A stretch of 47,477 bases of DNA, taken from an uncultured Bacteroidaceae bacterium. Lineage in GTDB: Bacteria > Bacteroidota > Bacteroidia > Bacteroidales > DTU049. Numbering within the stretch: the stretch's first letter is position 1; every line of letters starts with the position of its first letter. A program made the position numbers and the translations under genes. The notes under the pieces were generated by a model. The model saw only the letters and a list, made by a program, of their open reading frames with translations. It was not told the origin of the DNA and did no database searches. Location of the stretch: positions 1-47,477 of the forward strand of contig CAZLHV010000001.1 of NCBI GenBank assembly GCA_964559205.1, given 5' to 3'. Shown one piece after another: positions 30,207 through 39,786 of the stretch.

Positions 30207-31919
30207 ATGAAAAACCTATTTGCATCTTTTCTGCTTCTGTTTGCAATGAGTGCATCAGCGCAGTCGCTCAAAAAGCCTTTTAAAGCGCTCAATGAAGGGC
30301 AATTGGTTGAAGCTGCAACGGGTTTTGAAGAATATAAGCTCAAAGACAGCCTCGACCCGCTCTTATGGTTCGGTTTTGCACGCCTGTATTCCGAACCCGC
30401 CTATGTCAGGTGTGATTTCTTTCTTGCATGGAAATGCATATTGCGTTCGCAGCAATTACTGGCTGCCCTCGACGAAAAGGGACTCAAAAAGCTAGAGGGC
30501 GAACTGAATGCCGACTCGCTCAACCGCTGGCAGAAACACATTGACGATCGGCTGTTTGAGAAAGTAACTGCTGAAAACACCGTTGCCATGTATGAAAAGC
30601 ATTTACAGCTTTGTTCTGCTTCCACCCACAACAAAGAAGTGATTCAACAGCGCAATGCAAAAGCTTTTTTGGATGCAAAGGAAAAGAACACGGTAATTGC
30701 TTATCAGGAATTCATTAGAGATTATCCCGGAGCAGCAGAAGTCAGTCAGGCACGCATGCTTGAAAAATCAGCTGCAGCACGTGATGCACTCAGTGTCAAA
30801 ACAGAAGCCTCGTGCGAAACATTTCTGTTGGACTATCCTGATGCAGAAGAGGCGCAAGCCGTGTTTGACACCTTGCAGGAACTTCGTTTACAATTTTTCC
30901 TGAACAATGTTAGCGATTCATTGTATGAAGTTACTTGTTTTAATTTCTATATCGCTGATTCGGGAAGGTACCACCTCGATCCAAGTCTGCTGGTCAGGGC
31001 TTACGATGCCATTCGCTTTGCCAGTAGTCAACAACACTGGATTTATTACCTGTCGGGAGGAAATATTTATCGCATGAACGAAAAAGATATGAAAACCGAA
31101 GAGGTGCTCATGGATGGAAAAATCGCAAGTTTTGTGATTAACAGCAAGGGCGACATCGTTTTTTTGAAGGAAACACAACCTCAGCTTCTTACATTCTATC
31201 TTTTCTATGGTACAAAAGCCGAAAAACTGTGCGATTTTCCGACCAAAGATCGGTTTTCCGATTTCGACCCCGTGGTCCCTACATTTGAAGCAACTTCCGA
31301 CTTTTCCTATATTTATTTTAGTTTCGGCACCATGGCAGAAGCAGGTCAGACACGAAACGCCACTTATATTCGTGCTGAAAAGAAGTGGATTGTCTGCGAT
31401 GTTTTGGAAGAGCGGCCCTGCAAGTCGCCGATTGATCCGAATAATCTCATGCAGGCAGGAGCATTGATTTCTCATGCGGGACCCGGACAGGAAGAAACAT
31501 ACCTGACAAAAAAAGTCAACGGTGTTTGGGAGTTGTTTCGTAAAGAAAAAGATCGCCTCATTCAGATTTCGCACACCGAATCATTTAAAGTAAGAGAAAC
31601 CTGGGGCGAGGAAGTCAACTACTTTGGTTACACCGAAAGCCCGAAAAAAGTGTTTTACTATTTTCCTCAGGAATGTGGTGATTTTTGCTACGGTCCATGC
31701 TTTGTGGCTAACCTTGACGGCAGTCAGCAGGTGCTCATCGATAACAGTATTTGGGTTGGTCAGGTTGATGTGCAGTGGCTCTATGTGTCAGGCGATTTGC
31801 TCTGGATAGATGAGAGTGGAAATCTCATTGTGTATGAGGGCAAAGAGAATACCATCAGGCTTATTGCTTCGTCGGTTGATCAATTCAGAACCGTACACAT
31901 TGAAAACTCTGGCGAATAA
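30207..31919 (+). CDS. Secreted hypothetical protein (N-terminal helical repeats, C-terminal beta-rich domain)
   Basis: 570 aa with a signal peptide and repeated motifs YQEFIRDYPGAAEV / CETFLLDYPDAEEA. It starts 5 nt after the preceding gene. Confidence 0.55.
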   Translation: MKNLFASFLLLFAMSASAQSLKKPFKALNEGQLVEAATGFEEYKLKDSLDPLLWFGFARLYSEPAYVRCDFFLAWKCILRSQQLLAALDEKGLKKLEGELNADSLNRWQKHIDDRLFEKVTAENTVAMYEKHLQLCSASTHNKEVIQQRNAKAFLDAKEKNTVIAYQEFIRDYPGAAEVSQARMLEKSAAARDALSVKTEASCETFLLDYPDAEEAQAVFDTLQELRLQFFLNNVSDSLYEVTCFNFYIADSGRYHLDPSLLVRAYDAIRFASSQQHWIYYLSGGNIYRMNEKDMKTEEVLMDGKIASFVINSKGDIVFLKETQPQLLTFYLFYGTKAEKLCDFPTKDRFSDFDPVVPTFEATSDFSYIYFSFGTMAEAGQTRNATYIRAEKKWIVCDVLEERPCKSPIDPNNLMQAGALISHAGPGQEETYLTKKVNGVWELFRKEKDRLIQISHTESFKVRETWGEEVNYFGYTESPKKVFYYFPQECGDFCYGPCFVANLDGSQQVLIDNSIWVGQVDVQWLYVSGDLLWIDESGNLIVYEGKENTIRLIASSVDQFRTVHIENSGE

Positions 31920-31940
31920 ATATAGGGTCAAACGTTAGTT

Positions 31941-33101
31941 TTACCGGGCTACTTCCCGAATACGGGCGTCGGTCTGCATTTTTTTGCGGGTATCGGCCAT
32001 CACCGAATGAAAATCTTCCTGTGTTTCGGCATCAGGAATCAGACGATCGATCTGCTTCTCGGTTATCATTCCGGGCAGGACAAAATAACCAGGTTTTCGC
32101 GAATCGGTTTTGTGTCGATAGAGCGGGATATACCTGACATTGCTGAGGTATGGGTGCCCGTTGTGTTTGCGTTTCAGCGTGAATCCGACCAAAAGGCCAG
32201 CATCGGTAAGGGGGTCTTTTTGGTTTGAAATGAAATTGCCCATGGACCACATGATAAGCTTTTCATCGGTTTGTCCGATCGGAGTAACAAATTCCATGGG
32301 TTGAACTACGTGTGGGTGGCTTCCAATAATCACATCGGCTCCATTGCGCCAGAGAAAATCAGCGATGGATTTTTGATGAACATTGGGTTTGTGTTGATAT
32401 TCCTCACCCCAATGAATGGTGACGATGATGGCGTCAGGATGATAATTTTTGGCTTTGGCCATATCGGATGCAAGTTGCATTGTGTCGATCATGTTGACCA
32501 CATAGGGTTCGGGTGCCTTGATTCCGTTAGTTCCATAAGTGCAATTAAGAAAGGCCAGTTTCCAGCCGTTAATCTCAATGATGAGAGGATATCGTTTTGT
32601 ACGTTCTTCGTCGTTTCTGAAAATTCCGGTATGCCAGATTTTGGTGCTGTCGGCATAATCCAGATTTCCTTCCAGTCCTTCGGCACCGCGGTCGCAAGCA
32701 TGATTGTTGGCAAAGATGAAAAAATTAAAACCTGTTCGTCTCAGGGCGTCGGCATATTCAGGCGGAGCACAAAACTTTGGATATCCGCTGAAAGGAGGTC
32801 CTGCCAAGGTGGTTTCAAAGTTTACCAGCCTGATATCAGCAGCAGACAGTATATTTCGTATGTGGGTATAGCATGAATCGAATTCGGCCAAGCCCGTTTC
32901 TTCGTTTTTTGCCATGGTATACTGAGGCAGATGCATCATGGCATCACCACTAACCCAAAATGTGACAGAGTCATCGTCGGCCGAAGCGGACCACGCCACC
33001 TGATCGGTCTGGTGTTGATTGCCGAAAGGTTTCAGAATGAACATGCCTGCAATAATGAGCAATGCGGGAGCTGCAAAAAATAGTATTTGCCGTTGTTTCA
33101 T
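31941..33101 (-). CDS. CapA-family metallophosphoesterase-like protein
   Basis: 386 aa with an N-terminal TM/signal and PGA_cap-type motifs (GDAMMH, NFETTL, ANNHACD, HWGEEY, GSHPHVVQ). Confidence 0.75.
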   Translation of the reverse strand: MKQRQILFFAAPALLIIAGMFILKPFGNQHQTDQVAWSASADDDSVTFWVSGDAMMHLPQYTMAKNEETGLAEFDSCYTHIRNILSAADIRLVNFETTLAGPPFSGYPKFCAPPEYADALRRTGFNFFIFANNHACDRGAEGLEGNLDYADSTKIWHTGIFRNDEERTKRYPLIIEINGWKLAFLNCTYGTNGIKAPEPYVVNMIDTMQLASDMAKAKNYHPDAIIVTIHWGEEYQHKPNVHQKSIADFLWRNGADVIIGSHPHVVQPMEFVTPIGQTDEKLIMWSMGNFISNQKDPLTDAGLLVGFTLKRKHNGHPYLSNVRYIPLYRHKTDSRKPGYFVLPGMITEKQIDRLIPDAETQEDFHSVMADTRKKMQTDARIREVAR

Positions 33102-33107
33102 ATGAGA

Positions 33108-34541
33108 TCAGTTCTTTTGCAAAATTAAGCGAAAGTGGCAAATATCGTTGCCATTGCTGATGCGTATCATATACATGCCATTGGCAAGAAAGGATGCATC
33201 GAAAACACTCCCTTGGAAATAATCGCCCTGATAGAGGATTGAACCGTTGATTGAATAAATCTGAAGTTTGCAGAGGTCTGCTCCGGGGAATCGGATGACC
33301 AACTCTCCACGCGATGGATTTGGAAATAATATGGCTCTTGTGGCTGGCGTTTCCTGAACCGGAGTAAAATGGGCATAATCAGAGGTCTGATAGCTTTGGT
33401 CAGCCCCCACTTTAACAAGAAAAATATTGGTCACCCCGGGCCCATAGCTCTTGGTGCTGCCGATGTAAACCATGCCACCGTCGGCAGAAAAATCCAAATC
33501 GGCGCTTTCGTCCTGTTGCAATGCCCCATAATACCAAAAGTTGACATATCCGGCACTGTCGTGCCATGAACCGATATCGCTATTCCCCCACCAATACTGC
33601 GATGTATTTCCTGTGAGAATAAACCGGTTTAAGCTGTCGGTTAATGAACGAAATATTGTTCTGAAATAATCGGGATGAATGAAAGTATCCCATGAATACT
33701 GGCCGTTATTTTCTCTTGCACCGTACCAGCCTCTGGTCAGGGTCGTGGTGTCGGGCAGGGCATAGCCATAATAAACAATTCGCTCCAACGTGTCCTGCAT
33801 GACTCCTTCAACATAAAACTCAACGGAATCTTTTTCCGGGCGAAAAGTCCAAAGGGTATCGAGGTTGAAATCCAACCTCCAAATCTGGCTGAGAACAGAA
33901 TCGTTTGAAGCAGCAAAGGACTGCGATGCCAGAATGAGCGAATGGCCGCTGGCTGTATCGATGTACATGCCTTTGTCATCGTAGCCGTTATCAATGCGTT
34001 TGTAGAGTAGTGAGTCTCCGCTGCTTCCATCGAGCCGGTAAACAAACAAGTCTTGATCCAATGTATCGTACCCAAGGGCATAACCAGTCACCCAAACACT
34101 GCCCGTGAAGTCGCTGGCTGAACAGGTAGCAACGTCCCATGCCGGTGAGTTAATTTCGCGAATCCAGATCACTTTTCCCGATTTGCCAATGCGAGTGGCA
34201 AATGCTGCATAATCGCCTCCCAGTAATCTGGTGCCACAAACCACAACCGAGGTGTCATCGTGTTTCGACATGCTTAGACACGATGACAAATCAAACTGAT
34301 CGAGGTAGAGTTCCCACATGATATTGCCTGTGGAATTTACCCTGAATATCCACGCCGATGATTCACCTCCAGGACTAATCCGGTTTCCGCAAAGCATATA
34401 GGTGGTGTCGGGCAGGGCGGTAACTCCTTTTCCATCGTTGAAAGTTCCCTCCACGCCAAAGGTTCTGATAAAGCCATTTTGGGCCAACAGCATGCTCAAA
34501 TGCAAAATGAATATTGAACTAAAAACTGCTTTCATTCGCAC
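33108..34541 (-). CDS. T9SS C-terminal sorting domain protein with beta-propeller-like repeats
   Basis: 477 aa with a signal peptide. The C-terminal tail LFPNPSRGELVIRF...NGMYMIRISNG matches the Por secretion tail. Confidence 0.72.
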   Translation of the reverse strand: MRMKAVFSSIFILHLSMLLAQNGFIRTFGVEGTFNDGKGVTALPDTTYMLCGNRISPGGESSAWIFRVNSTGNIMWELYLDQFDLSSCLSMSKHDDTSVVVCGTRLLGGDYAAFATRIGKSGKVIWIREINSPAWDVATCSASDFTGSVWVTGYALGYDTLDQDLFVYRLDGSSGDSLLYKRIDNGYDDKGMYIDTASGHSLILASQSFAASNDSVLSQIWRLDFNLDTLWTFRPEKDSVEFYVEGVMQDTLERIVYYGYALPDTTTLTRGWYGARENNGQYSWDTFIHPDYFRTIFRSLTDSLNRFILTGNTSQYWWGNSDIGSWHDSAGYVNFWYYGALQQDESADLDFSADGGMVYIGSTKSYGPGVTNIFLVKVGADQSYQTSDYAHFTPVQETPATRAILFPNPSRGELVIRFPGADLCKLQIYSINGSILYQGDYFQGSVFDASFLANGMYMIRISNGNDICHFRLILQKN

Positions 34542-35721
34542 TGATTTTATAGGTCAAACGGGCCATGCCCATATATGAAACAGGTTTGAGCGGGTTGCCA
34601 AGCCCGAGAAGCATTGGAAGGTTAACCATGGCGGACCATCGACCCGAAAACGAGTACTCAAGGCCTAATCCAGCGTTAAAAGAACCCCAGCCGCCATATT
34701 TTAGCGGAACACAAATTCTTAACGCACCGGCAATTGGGTATGAGGCATGCAGGCCAAGCAGGGGAACAAAGCCAGGCATATTGATGTACATAAATGATGA
34801 ACCTGTATTCAGTTTCCCGAAACGCTGCCTGTATTCGCCATAAAGCAGCATTGGAGGACTCAGACTCAATCGTTCGGTGTCGCCCTTGAGGTTCAGACTT
34901 TGCTCCAATTGGTCGAGCTCCTGTTCGGCTGAAGCACTGAAGTCAGAAAGGTTGCTTATTTCAAATCCCGTGAAACTGATCAGCGTATCACGCGAGGATG
35001 AAATGCTGTGTTTGTTGACCCAAAAGTTCCCGATGTTGGAGGCCATGATTTTCCAGCTTGCTTTTCCGGTTTCGCCAAAGGCCCCTATTTCGAAGGTGAA
35101 ACCAGTTCCTGATATCATTGCTGATCCGCCGTCACGTTGATAATCTCCGTTGAGCTGAAGGGCCAGACTGTCGGCAGTTGCAGATGTGAAGAAAGTGGAT
35201 TTCGAAAAATCGGTTTTTGCAAAAGAATATAAAAATGCAGGACCAAGCGAGAAATAAACAGAAAACTGATCGTTCAGTTTATAATTCAATCCTCCGTGAA
35301 TAGTAGAGAATGAAAACTTATGAAAGCTTCCCGGGTCCATAAGGACGGTTTCCCCGCACAAATGACTATTTCCCGTAAAGATGAGCTCGAAAAACGACGA
35401 GGTAAAGCCTGCAGATAACATGGTTTGATGTGTTCCGGAAAACCGCAGAGACAGTTTTTTGTCAGAATTCAGGCTGACATCAGCCCTTGTGTAGCTTAGA
35501 ACACCAAGAAAATTGCTTTGGTTGAGTTGCCCGATGGCATCTTGTTTAACAGCTGAATCGAGGTAATGACCGCCATAGAAATCTGAGAAAAATCCTTTGC
35601 TGACACTTCTGCTTTCAAGTGCCTGAGTTGAAAAAAGTGAGATTTCAGGCCTGATGCTGTTTTGAGAAAGCAAGGCAAGTGCGATACCAAAGATGAAAGC
35701 TGCCGTCAGGAATGATCTCAT
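34519..35721 (-). CDS. Putative outer-membrane beta-barrel protein, function unknown
   Basis: 400 aa with a signal peptide, Gly/Ser/aromatic-rich alternating strands and a C-terminal F. Its start overlaps the upstream gene by 4 nt. Confidence 0.5.
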   Translation of the reverse strand: MRSFLTAAFIFGIALALLSQNSIRPEISLFSTQALESRSVSKGFFSDFYGGHYLDSAVKQDAIGQLNQSNFLGVLSYTRADVSLNSDKKLSLRFSGTHQTMLSAGFTSSFFELIFTGNSHLCGETVLMDPGSFHKFSFSTIHGGLNYKLNDQFSVYFSLGPAFLYSFAKTDFSKSTFFTSATADSLALQLNGDYQRDGGSAMISGTGFTFEIGAFGETGKASWKIMASNIGNFWVNKHSISSSRDTLISFTGFEISNLSDFSASAEQELDQLEQSLNLKGDTERLSLSPPMLLYGEYRQRFGKLNTGSSFMYINMPGFVPLLGLHASYPIAGALRICVPLKYGGWGSFNAGLGLEYSFSGRWSAMVNLPMLLGLGNPLKPVSYMGMARLTYKISANESSF

Positions 35722-37274
35722 TCGATGTAAATATTAAACAATCCTGTGGCCAGCACATCAATTTTATAATGCGGGTAAAACAGCACCTGTTGGCCGGGAG
35801 TGCCGCCCGTGCTCATTCTGGCCGATAATACCACCTGTTTTCCTTCATATAAATGATCGGTTTGGGTTTTATCGAGCATGATCTTAATGCTAACTTCCGT
35901 TGGGTTGATTACTATGCCTGCAGCGTCAACAGAGCCGGAAGGAATGATCATGTCAGGAACAAGACTGTCAGTCACAAGTCCGTTTTGATCGAGAAGATAC
36001 ATGATAAAGCTGCATTCGAGAGGAAAACCATTAGAAATCTGCAGGGTCAGCTCACTCCCTGAAATATAATTCTCGGAACGTTCAAGCTCGTAGGCAATCG
36101 TATCCTGCAATAATAGATTGTTGATTGCAAACTTCATTGGGATTTCAGCGTGGATATTTCCGGTAAGGCCCTGACCATAGTAAACAAAATCATTACCTGA
36201 AGAAACGTTGCCCATGGGGTTGATGGTTCCGTCAAGCTGATATGATACTGCAAGCGGTATGTTTTCGAAAAAAGCTTCGACGTTGGCAGGAGTGAAGTCC
36301 ATGGTGAAGGTGCTTGGGATAACCTGTCCCGACAGAGGTGGGTTTTCGGTGGCCCTGGGCAAAAGAATGGGTTTTCCGATCCATTCGCTGTTTAAGGCAA
36401 CATCGGTATTTCCGTGTCCTGTAAGATCATCGAGCTTGAAAACGGCGTCAACGCCCAGATGATTTTCAAGGGTAAGCTGCATGTCGATATTGTCCAAATC
36501 GAGATAGGTGATGCCAAGTTCTTCGAGATATTCAAAATCTTCGGTTCCACCCGAACTCACCTGATGTTTTCCAAAATACCCTCTTGAATAGTCGATAACA
36601 ATGTCCTTGAATTCAACCAAAATGTCAATGCTGTCGTTATAATTGATTACCACCGGTGCAGTGGCTTCGGGATTGGCATAAACCTTCAGTGTCGATTTAA
36701 GTGAATTGCAATGCATGTAGCTGGCGCGCAGGTCGAGGTACATTCCGCTTACGTCGACCTCCTGCATGAGGTGCTGTCCGGTTAGCGGATAGCTGGGGAT
36801 GGTGCCCTGAAGCATGACTGGCTGCCCGTTAAGTATTGAATTGTCGAGTGAATACTCTATGTAGGCTTTGTCGCCCACATAATTAAATGCGCGAATGGTT
36901 AATTTGCCGCTTTTAATACGCATTTCGGTCAGAAGGGCTCCATCCAGATCATAAAATTTGCTTTCAGTTTTACTAAGAACCAGGGTGCCCGGCGGTGCCT
37001 GTATTCCGAAGGGTATGGCATAATGAATATAATACAACGAATCGGGCATCGATACAAACGTATCGGTGGTGATTGAAAACAGGTTATAGTCGAAGACAAA
37101 AGTCAGACTGCTGTCTAAGTTCGTAAGCAAAAGCGAGTCGGCGATCAGGTCGCCGGGCCCAAGTGATGTGTTGAAAAGGGGAGTGCGCACGTTGACATCC
37201 CATGATGCATCTTTTGCACATGAATAAAGGAACATGCTTGCCGCACAAATAAGTAAAATATAAAGCCTTTTCAA
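35718..37274 (-). CDS. Putative lipoprotein, function unknown
   Basis: 518 aa with a lipobox-like signal (AASMFLYSCAKD). It is the first gene of a tightly packed four-gene minus-strand unit. Confidence 0.55.
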   Translation of the reverse strand: MKRLYILLICAASMFLYSCAKDASWDVNVRTPLFNTSLGPGDLIADSLLLTNLDSSLTFVFDYNLFSITTDTFVSMPDSLYYIHYAIPFGIQAPPGTLVLSKTESKFYDLDGALLTEMRIKSGKLTIRAFNYVGDKAYIEYSLDNSILNGQPVMLQGTIPSYPLTGQHLMQEVDVSGMYLDLRASYMHCNSLKSTLKVYANPEATAPVVINYNDSIDILVEFKDIVIDYSRGYFGKHQVSSGGTEDFEYLEELGITYLDLDNIDMQLTLENHLGVDAVFKLDDLTGHGNTDVALNSEWIGKPILLPRATENPPLSGQVIPSTFTMDFTPANVEAFFENIPLAVSYQLDGTINPMGNVSSGNDFVYYGQGLTGNIHAEIPMKFAINNLLLQDTIAYELERSENYISGSELTLQISNGFPLECSFIMYLLDQNGLVTDSLVPDMIIPSGSVDAAGIVINPTEVSIKIMLDKTQTDHLYEGKQVVLSARMSTGGTPGQQVLFYPHYKIDVLATGLFNIYIE

Positions 37275-37443
37275 TTTTCAGATCTTTATTTATCAGACAA
37301 AGTTAATGATTTTAGGTTGTCTGACGATAATTTTGATGTTTGTTATGATTGAGTTAAGCATGACGGTCAGGAAAGCGTTTGGCTGAAGCGAAATGATCTA
37401 TTGGCTGTCATTGCGTAAACAGAATAAAATATATCTTTGGCGT

Positions 37444-39786
37444 ATGAAAAGACCAAATTTTGCTCAAGCTCTCCCCTGGCCACTTATTGGTTCAATCATT
37501 ATCTCTTTAGTGCTGATAATCATATACTTTGGAGATACATTGTTTTCTCTGAATGCTGTATCTTTCGGGGCAAATGGTGATGGAATCAAGTCATATTTTG
37601 CCGCTGATTATTATGTCAGCTACGATGAGTCTTTTCTGATGAGCAATGGACTTAATTATCCTTATGGTGAGCATGTGTTGTTTACCGATAATTTTTTTCC
37701 GGTTTTTTTTCTGATAAAGTTGTTTGCACCCATTTGCGATTTGTCCCCATATACCAATGGGATTATCAATTCAATAATGCTTCTTTCGCTGGTTGCTGCC
37801 ACATATTTCTTGTTTAAAACGCTGCGATTGCTGAGTATCCAGTCGTGGGTAAGCTGTTTGGCAGCACCTGCCAACGCTTTCATGTCGCCTCAGGTGATGC
37901 GGTTTGCTGGTCATTATAGTCTGTCCCTGGTTTTTTATATTCCGTTGCTCATTTATGTTTTGATTTTATTTGGCAGGGAGAAAAAATTGAAATATGCGAT
38001 TCAGGCTGGAATTGCTATTCTGTTGTGCAGTTTGTGCCATATGTATTATCTGATGATGGCAGGAGTTCTTGTGGGAGGCTTTTTGTTCTATTTGATTGTT
38101 TTTGGGGACTTAAAACTACATTGGAAGAAGTCGTTGTATTTTTTCGGAATCAGTGTGGCTGTTCCATTTGTCATGATTTTTTTATTCATGCTATTGACTG
38201 ATCCGGTGTCGGACCGTTCAGCCTACCCCTATGGTTTTCTGGTATATAAAAACGCATGGGAAGGCATTTTTTTATTTGACTCTCAGTCTTCGTGCGAATT
38301 AGTAAATCGTTTTCTTGAACCCGATGTGATTGAGTGGGAGAGCCGGTCTTTTATTGGTCACTCGGCAGTTGCAGGATATTTCCTGTTATATGGCCTTGTG
38401 GCCGGTATTCCTTTTTTGTTTCACAAATCTGTAACTGCTTTTATCATTGCATCGGTTATCGGTGTGCTTTTATATTTGCTCTTCAAGCGACGCAGAAAAA
38501 TTTGGAAACTTACCGGCCAATCCGAAATCGATGCGCTTCTGTGGACGGGTTATGCAGCCATGTTGGTTTCAATGGCATTTCCGGTCAACGTTTTTCCTGA
38601 TCTTTATAATCATATTGGGGTTTTTCGCGAAATCAGAGGGATTGGGCGCATGGCCTGGATATTCTTCTTCGTGGTGAATATTGCCATGCTGTGGTTTGTG
38701 CAGAAGCGGGTTTTGAAGAAATGGCTGCAGATTGCATTGTTTTCTGTGATCATCCTTGTTATGAGCTTTGATCTTCACCGGCTGTGTTCGGCTAACTTGT
38801 CGAAAATTACTCAAAATGAATCCCTGCAAAGCCTTGAAAAACTGGTTGTTGGGTCCCCGCTGTCTGACGAATCTTTTTGCGGGCAGTATCAGGCGATTTT
38901 GACTGTTCCGGCTTATCTGGTTGGAAGCGAGAACACCACGGTTTGGAATCAGGATGAACAAATCCTGATGTTTTCATTGTTTGCTTCACGAACATCAGGC
39001 CTTCCGATTTTGTCCTCGTTTCTTGCAAGAACATCGATTTCACAATCTACCGATAAAGCATCATTCGTGTTTGGACCTTCCAATCATGAACCTCGTTTTT
39101 TTAATGAATTGAATGATGGCCGTGACTTTTTGCTCATTTCAGGACCGGCAAATCGCGAATTATATCAGGGTGAATTACTTCTGCTCAATCATTCCACGCC
39201 GGTATGGGCCGGGCAGGGCTTTGCCTTAAGTAGAATATCTGTGGATACGGTTAAAAGCTTATATCGTCCCGGACCGCGCGATACAAGCGGCCTGTCGTTC
39301 GAACAGCCGATTTTGGTTAATCACTTTACTGATCAGCCCGGTGATGGTTATGGCACCAAGGGACATATTGGCCCTTTTGCATTATCTCATCCCAACCTGG
39401 TTTTGTCAGATTCATTGGTGATGCCATCTGAGTTCAGTTCTGAAGCTGACATTTCGTTTTGGTTTTCAGATATTTACGAAGACGGTCTTGTGAGGGCTTA
39501 TGCCGAATTGTCATTCTACGATGCTCAGGGTAATATGGTGCTATATGACCTGACAAGTCTGGTGAAAACGGTCTGTAAAATAGATGGTCACTGGGCCATG
39601 TCGAAGCGCAGGTTGGTAATTCCTGCCAATGCGGTATTGTTTAATCTGGCCATTGTTCATTATGAACTAAGCATCAACAGTATCATGATTGATGACGTCA
39701 TGATTTCAAAAGCTGGCAGCCATGTGTTTGAAAGCCGGCAGGGAGTTCAAATGATCGATAATCAGTATTTTTTTCTGCAAAAGTAG
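37444..39786 (+). CDS. Large polytopic membrane protein with C-terminal extracytoplasmic domain (possibly a YfhO/ArnT-like glycosyltransferase)
   Basis: About 12 hydrophobic helices in the first 460 aa, followed by a soluble 320-aa domain. The start is at 37444 (MKRPNFAQ) or 37393. The functional assignment is weak. Confidence 0.4.
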   Translation: MKRPNFAQALPWPLIGSIIISLVLIIIYFGDTLFSLNAVSFGANGDGIKSYFAADYYVSYDESFLMSNGLNYPYGEHVLFTDNFFPVFFLIKLFAPICDLSPYTNGIINSIMLLSLVAATYFLFKTLRLLSIQSWVSCLAAPANAFMSPQVMRFAGHYSLSLVFYIPLLIYVLILFGREKKLKYAIQAGIAILLCSLCHMYYLMMAGVLVGGFLFYLIVFGDLKLHWKKSLYFFGISVAVPFVMIFLFMLLTDPVSDRSAYPYGFLVYKNAWEGIFLFDSQSSCELVNRFLEPDVIEWESRSFIGHSAVAGYFLLYGLVAGIPFLFHKSVTAFIIASVIGVLLYLLFKRRRKIWKLTGQSEIDALLWTGYAAMLVSMAFPVNVFPDLYNHIGVFREIRGIGRMAWIFFFVVNIAMLWFVQKRVLKKWLQIALFSVIILVMSFDLHRLCSANLSKITQNESLQSLEKLVVGSPLSDESFCGQYQAILTVPAYLVGSENTTVWNQDEQILMFSLFASRTSGLPILSSFLARTSISQSTDKASFVFGPSNHEPRFFNELNDGRDFLLISGPANRELYQGELLLLNHSTPVWAGQGFALSRISVDTVKSLYRPGPRDTSGLSFEQPILVNHFTDQPGDGYGTKGHIGPFALSHPNLVLSDSLVMPSEFSSEADISFWFSDIYEDGLVRAYAELSFYDAQGNMVLYDLTSLVKTVCKIDGHWAMSKRRLVIPANAVLFNLAIVHYELSINSIMIDDVMISKAGSHVFESRQGVQMIDNQYFFLQK

